A stretch of 64,000 nt of DNA. Source: a virus. Position 1 is the first letter of the stretch, and each line of letters opens with the position of its first letter. Shown one piece after another: positions 60,510 to 64,000 of this stretch. The stretch is taken from the IMG/VR virus record IMGVR_UViG_3300028800_000059, positions 32,001 to 96,000 of that record. One strand, 5' to 3'. The notes under the pieces are model-generated. The model ran no database searches, was not told the origin of the DNA, and was given only the letters and a program-made list of their open reading frames with translations. Both the position numbers and the translations under genes were made by a program.

Positions 60510-61560
60510 TAATCTGACTCCATGGCGTCAATTCAATCAAAATATCCTCAAGGTCATTACAGGTTGCTTCAATGGTATGATTAGCCATTGCGTATTCATA
60601 AGCTTTTTGCACGTCTCGATTTTCTAAAAGTATATCATAGCCAAGCATTTGGGTCAATTGTTTTTCTGTGTCGTATACTAAACCAAAATCTGCATTGATA
60701 TTGTGCAGGTCTTTAGCACCGGCAATGTTTCGTGCAATCCATGGCGTGTGATTTAGCATGGCTTCTAGAAGAACCAGTCCAAATCCTTCTTCTGTCGAAT
60801 TCATGATATACGCTTTGGCTTCGCACATGGCCGCCATAATCATTTCTTTTGGCAAATCAGTGAACGTCACAACATGTCGATTCCATTCTTCATGGTGTCT
60901 TTCGGAAGGAACAGGTCCAGAATTTGCATCATATCCACAAAGTGCCAAAATAGAATTAGGCCTGTTTGCTTCCCAAAAGGCCTCGGCAAGATTATTCATT
61001 TGTTTATGAGGCCACCAACCACCCACAGAAAGAAACAAATCGCCCGCACGAATTCCCTTTTTGTCCAACATGAAATTACTGAATATGGGTTGGCCTAGAG
61101 TTTCTTTTAAATTTACGCCATGGCGAACTCGGCGCATTCTATTTCTGGTTTGTTTGAAAGTTCCTACTGGGCCATAAGCCTTCAAGAATTTTTGATCTTC
61201 GCTTGTTGAATATCCTAGAAAGCGATGATATTTGAGACCTTGAGCGCATACAAAACTGCTAGATGGTTTGATAATCATATAAAGCACTGGAGATTTAATC
61301 ATGGCGGCGTTGATGTGGGCCATATCCTGAGAGACGCAATCTCCCCCATGAACCACGATTAAATCCCAGTCGGCAACCAATGAATTATGATCATTAGTAA
61401 CGGGAATACCATTATAACTTCCTTTATGTTCATTGGCATAAATGGCGGGCTTATGGCCTCGGCGTAACATTTCTTCGGCCATGTTTTTCACATAGTTTTC
61501 GGACCCACCAGGAAATGGTGGGGCGCGATGGACGACAAAAAGGATTTTTTTACTTTGCAT
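60502..61560 (-). CDS. GT-B glycosyltransferase (family 4-like)
   Basis: PP..GGSE, K.M..L..AF, EGFGLVLLEAM. Confidence 0.88.
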   Translation of the reverse strand: MQSKKILFVVHRAPPFPGGSENYVKNMAEEMLRRGHKPAIYANEHKGSYNGIPVTNDHNSLVADWDLIVVHGGDCVSQDMAHINAAMIKSPVLYMIIKPSSSFVCAQGLKYHRFLGYSTSEDQKFLKAYGPVGTFKQTRNRMRRVRHGVNLKETLGQPIFSNFMLDKKGIRAGDLFLSVGGWWPHKQMNNLAEAFWEANRPNSILALCGYDANSGPVPSERHHEEWNRHVVTFTDLPKEMIMAAMCEAKAYIMNSTEEGFGLVLLEAMLNHTPWIARNIAGAKDLHNINADFGLVYDTEKQLTQMLGYDILLENRDVQKAYEYAMANHTIEATCNDLEDILIELTPWSQINV

Positions 61561-61885
61561 TACGATATAACTCTATTATTTCGCCGTCTTGATTTACTTT
61601 GGCACTTTTCCAACAAGTTCCACATGTAATATATCCATGAAATGCATTTCTATCATCGATATGAAGCTGTCCATTTTTATCATAATTTTTACTAGTGCCC
61701 ATCATAGTTCCGCCACCAAATTTAAATGATAAATGACAATCTGTTCTCGGACAATCCTTTGTAAATCCTTGAATTGTCACCGCGGGCGCATCATCACTTA
61801 CTTGCCAATATGATTCTTTATCTTCTTTGGTCATACTCATATTACATACCTTTCCCACCAATCCAAAAATGTTTCCAAATAACAC
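61550..61885 (-). CDS. Hypothetical protein (true start probably MSMTKED)
   Basis: Fills the gap between two glycosyltransferases; CPR..C and C.TC motifs. Confidence 0.5.
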   Translation of the reverse strand: MLFGNIFGLVGKVCNMSMTKEDKESYWQVSDDAPAVTIQGFTKDCPRTDCHLSFKFGGGTMMGTSKNYDKNGQLHIDDRNAFHGYITCGTCWKSAKVNQDGEIIELYRNAK

Positions 61886-62703
61886 ACATCAGGTTTCAAA
61901 TTATCTTTGAAGGCTGGCTGATTCATAATTTCCAAGCATTTGATTGGATCAGCATAAACCTCGTCCATATAATCAATCATCGCCTCGTCGCTGGAAAAAT
62001 TGAAACGATTGATAAAAGCCGCCTCGTTAAAATCCCTTCCAATCGTTCGCGAACCCCAATAAACAGGGATGCTCGCGGCACAGAAGGCATTCAAAATTTT
62101 CTCGGTAACATAACCAGGATGACTTCCATTTTCATAACAAATCGTGAAAATAGAATCTCGACATAGGTCTGTTTTCCATTTGATGTTGTCTCGCGGCAAA
62201 ACAATACCTGTATTATTTAGATGTGGCCCAGCACAAATTACAAGGTGATCCTTCATTAGTTTTTTGACAAATTCTGTGCGCGGAAAACAATTAGGATTGC
62301 TTTGCACATAGGCCGCGTAATGAAGTCTCTTTTCATTGACAGTTTGATTTGTCTGGAGAATGCTCTCCCAATTTGGATAGACGCCATCGGCAACAAGTGC
62401 CCACATTTCTAAGACATAAAGCGGTAATCTATAATGTCTTGGGGAATTTTCGTGATCGAAACTCAAACTATGGTCATATGAAAAATAATTGGGCCTTACA
62501 TTTTCTCCCGTATAAAAAATCTTTTTAATTTTTAATGGATCAAATTCCATATGATTTTGGCCAAAGTTAGCATCACCAAATATTAAATAATCAGGCATAA
62601 CATCATCCCGAATTATGTTATATCGCTGACCTAAAACATCTGTGAAAAATCTTTTAGCATTATCAAACGTGTTGGCGAACCCAAGTCGAAGAGGTTTATT
62701 CAT
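61837..62703 (-). CDS. Glycosyltransferase family 10 (alpha-1,3-fucosyltransferase-like)
   Basis: FYTGEN.RP, SFD, RLPLY, F.ICYEN....GYVTEKI..AF.A..IPVYWG. Confidence 0.88.
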   Translation of the reverse strand: MNKPLRLGFANTFDNAKRFFTDVLGQRYNIIRDDVMPDYLIFGDANFGQNHMEFDPLKIKKIFYTGENVRPNYFSYDHSLSFDHENSPRHYRLPLYVLEMWALVADGVYPNWESILQTNQTVNEKRLHYAAYVQSNPNCFPRTEFVKKLMKDHLVICAGPHLNNTGIVLPRDNIKWKTDLCRDSIFTICYENGSHPGYVTEKILNAFCAASIPVYWGSRTIGRDFNEAAFINRFNFSSDEAMIDYMDEVYADPIKCLEIMNQPAFKDNLKPDVCYLETFLDWWERYVI

Positions 62704-63194
62704 TTCCCTCTCCTTAAATATTCAGCCCCACGATTCATAATTTCTACATCATCATTAAAATTGCCTATTCCTCTATTACATTTATTGCAAAGCAATCCTC
62801 TAATTTTTCCTGTTTCGTGATTATGATCGACGGATAAATTGCGTTTAAATTTGCTTGCTGGCTTTTTACATATGCCACACTGTTTATTTTGTGTAATTAA
62901 AATTGAATCATATTTTTCTGGTGTGATTCCATATTTTTTTAGGATTGAACGCCGATCAATCATTCTAGCTTTATCAGGATTTTCTTTTCTCCATTTTCTA
63001 GCCTTTGCTTTTTCTTTGAAAGAATTTTTCAAATATTGTTTTTTGCGTCTGATTTTCGCTTTTTCTATGTTTGCCCAATAATATTTTTTACAATAATCCT
63101 TCGTTTTTTCTGGATTATTTGCCCTATATTTTTTTTGATATTCGGCTTTACCTTGTATGGGCACAGATAATATCCTCTGGAACCTGGCCGTCAA
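62700..63194 (-). CDS. Endonuclease VII-like HNH (probable homing endonuclease)
   Basis: KYGIT...Y, Q...CGIC, LSVDHNHETGKIRGLLC..CN.GIG. Confidence 0.88.
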   Translation of the reverse strand: MTARFQRILSVPIQGKAEYQKKYRANNPEKTKDYCKKYYWANIEKAKIRRKKQYLKNSFKEKAKARKWRKENPDKARMIDRRSILKKYGITPEKYDSILITQNKQCGICKKPASKFKRNLSVDHNHETGKIRGLLCNKCNRGIGNFNDDVEIMNRGAEYLRRGK

Positions 63195-63783
63195 GATACA
63201 CGATATTATAATTTGGATTAATTTGTTTCAGGATTTCCATAACCCTTTCTTCTTCCAGCCCATCCCATTCCTGAGACCCAAAGAGTCGTCGGTCGTCAAT
63301 GAAAATAGTATGATTTGGATTTTTTGAAGATAGAATTGCTTCTAATTCTTCGACAAGCGGGGAACCACCATATTTTCCGCCTGGGAGTGGACCACTGGCA
63401 TGTGCATCAAGCCAAAAAGTAACTGTGTCGGTTGGCACTGAATAATTCATTATTTTTTGAATTTCATCAGGACTTTCTCCAAGAATGATATGAACACATC
63501 GTTTATTTTCAAACAATGGTACCACAGCATCATACATTTCTTGGTTAAGTTCTACGGAAAAAATATCATCAAATAATCCAGTAGCCAAGGCAAGTTTAAC
63601 TGTCTCCCCACGATATGTTCCAGTTTCTAAAAACCATCTGCCATTAGAATATTTTTCAAGATATTCACGAGTCAAATGGGTATCAAATTCTGGCACTTCT
63701 GTGGGAACAGCATCAAATGTGCCGCCATCGAAAATGAATTGAGCATCGCCAGAATCGGTATTGATCTTTAATTCTTCGATCAT
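63148..63783 (-). CDS. Class I SAM-dependent methyltransferase-like protein
   Basis: FLETGTYRG, SVEL, FWLDAH.SG, SPL.EEL, IFIDD.R. Confidence 0.72.
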   Translation of the reverse strand: MIEELKINTDSGDAQFIFDGGTFDAVPTEVPEFDTHLTREYLEKYSNGRWFLETGTYRGETVKLALATGLFDDIFSVELNQEMYDAVVPLFENKRCVHIILGESPDEIQKIMNYSVPTDTVTFWLDAHASGPLPGGKYGGSPLVEELEAILSSKNPNHTIFIDDRRLFGSQEWDGLEEERVMEILKQINPNYNIVYLDGQVPEDIICAHTR

Positions 63784-63980
63784 TTTGTTTCCTTTTTAGA
63801 AAATCCATAAGGCCAAAAATATTTAACCATATCATAAAGGGCTTCAAGTTGTATATCAACCGTTTCATTACATCCAGCACATTTAAATTTTTGTGTATTC
63901 ACTGTGTCCATAGATGGAATAACATAAATGGCCCAATTATGTTCATGCGGAGGAAGCAAATAAGGCTCCACTTTTTCCAC
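63780..63980 (-). CDS. Hypothetical protein
   Basis: Overlaps the downstream start; HEHNW...C.GC. Confidence 0.45.
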   Translation of the reverse strand: MEKVEPYLLPPHEHNWAIYVIPSMDTVNTQKFKCAGCNETVDIQLEALYDMVKYFWPYGFSKKETK

Positions 63981-64000
63981 TGGCTTTTTTGGTTCCTTTT

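Noticed and set aside
49766-63783. T4-style hydroxymethylcytosine DNA glycosylation
   Set aside because: uvsX and gene 43 are adjacent with no gp42-like hydroxymethylase or thymidylate-synthase homolog in the window, so DNA as the glycan acceptor is unsupported here.
1-64000. Stop-codon reassignment (alternative genetic code)
   Set aside because: Core genes (43, 41, 61, uvsX, nrdJ) are full length under code 11; TAA, TAG and TGA all terminate genes; no suppressor tRNA was seen.
1-64000. CRISPR array or integrase/transposase
   Set aside because: No regularly spaced direct repeats and no recombinase or transposase motifs were found; the recurring elements are tRNAs and promoters.

Overview
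A 64 kb segment of a large T4-like (Tevenvirus-type) myovirus genome. Almost all genes are on the minus strand. Reading by coordinate: (i) 1-26.6 kb is an accessory region of small ORFs interleaved with a dispersed array of 25 recognisable tRNA genes, 4 atypical tRNA-like elements, a promoter-associated structured RNA, HNH homing endonucleases, an RNA ligase, a glutaredoxin and a MotA/ExbB-ExbD-like membrane trio. (ii) 26.6-32 kb holds a RuvC-like resolvase, class II ribonucleotide reductase, gp61 primase and a holin/GH108 lysis cassette. (iii) 32-43 kb is a late cassette of probable head-packaged proteins, several starting with a T4 capsid-targeting-like sequence, and includes a P-loop kinase/ADP-ribosyltransferase fusion. 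(iv) 43-54 kb has a deaminase, a PAP2-family enzyme, a DNA methyltransferase and the core replication genes gp41, uvsX and gp43. (v) 54.8-64 kb is a nucleotide-sugar/glycosyltransferase island. The most striking signal is a set of eight tRNAs whose T-loop is recoded from TTCRA to GG(C/A)RG with a co-varying A18 in the D-loop, next to tRNA-like elements that keep a canonical elbow but lack an anticodon arm. An alphaproteobacterial or other high-GC host is a tentative inference only. All family assignments come from motif recognition by eye; no database searches were run.
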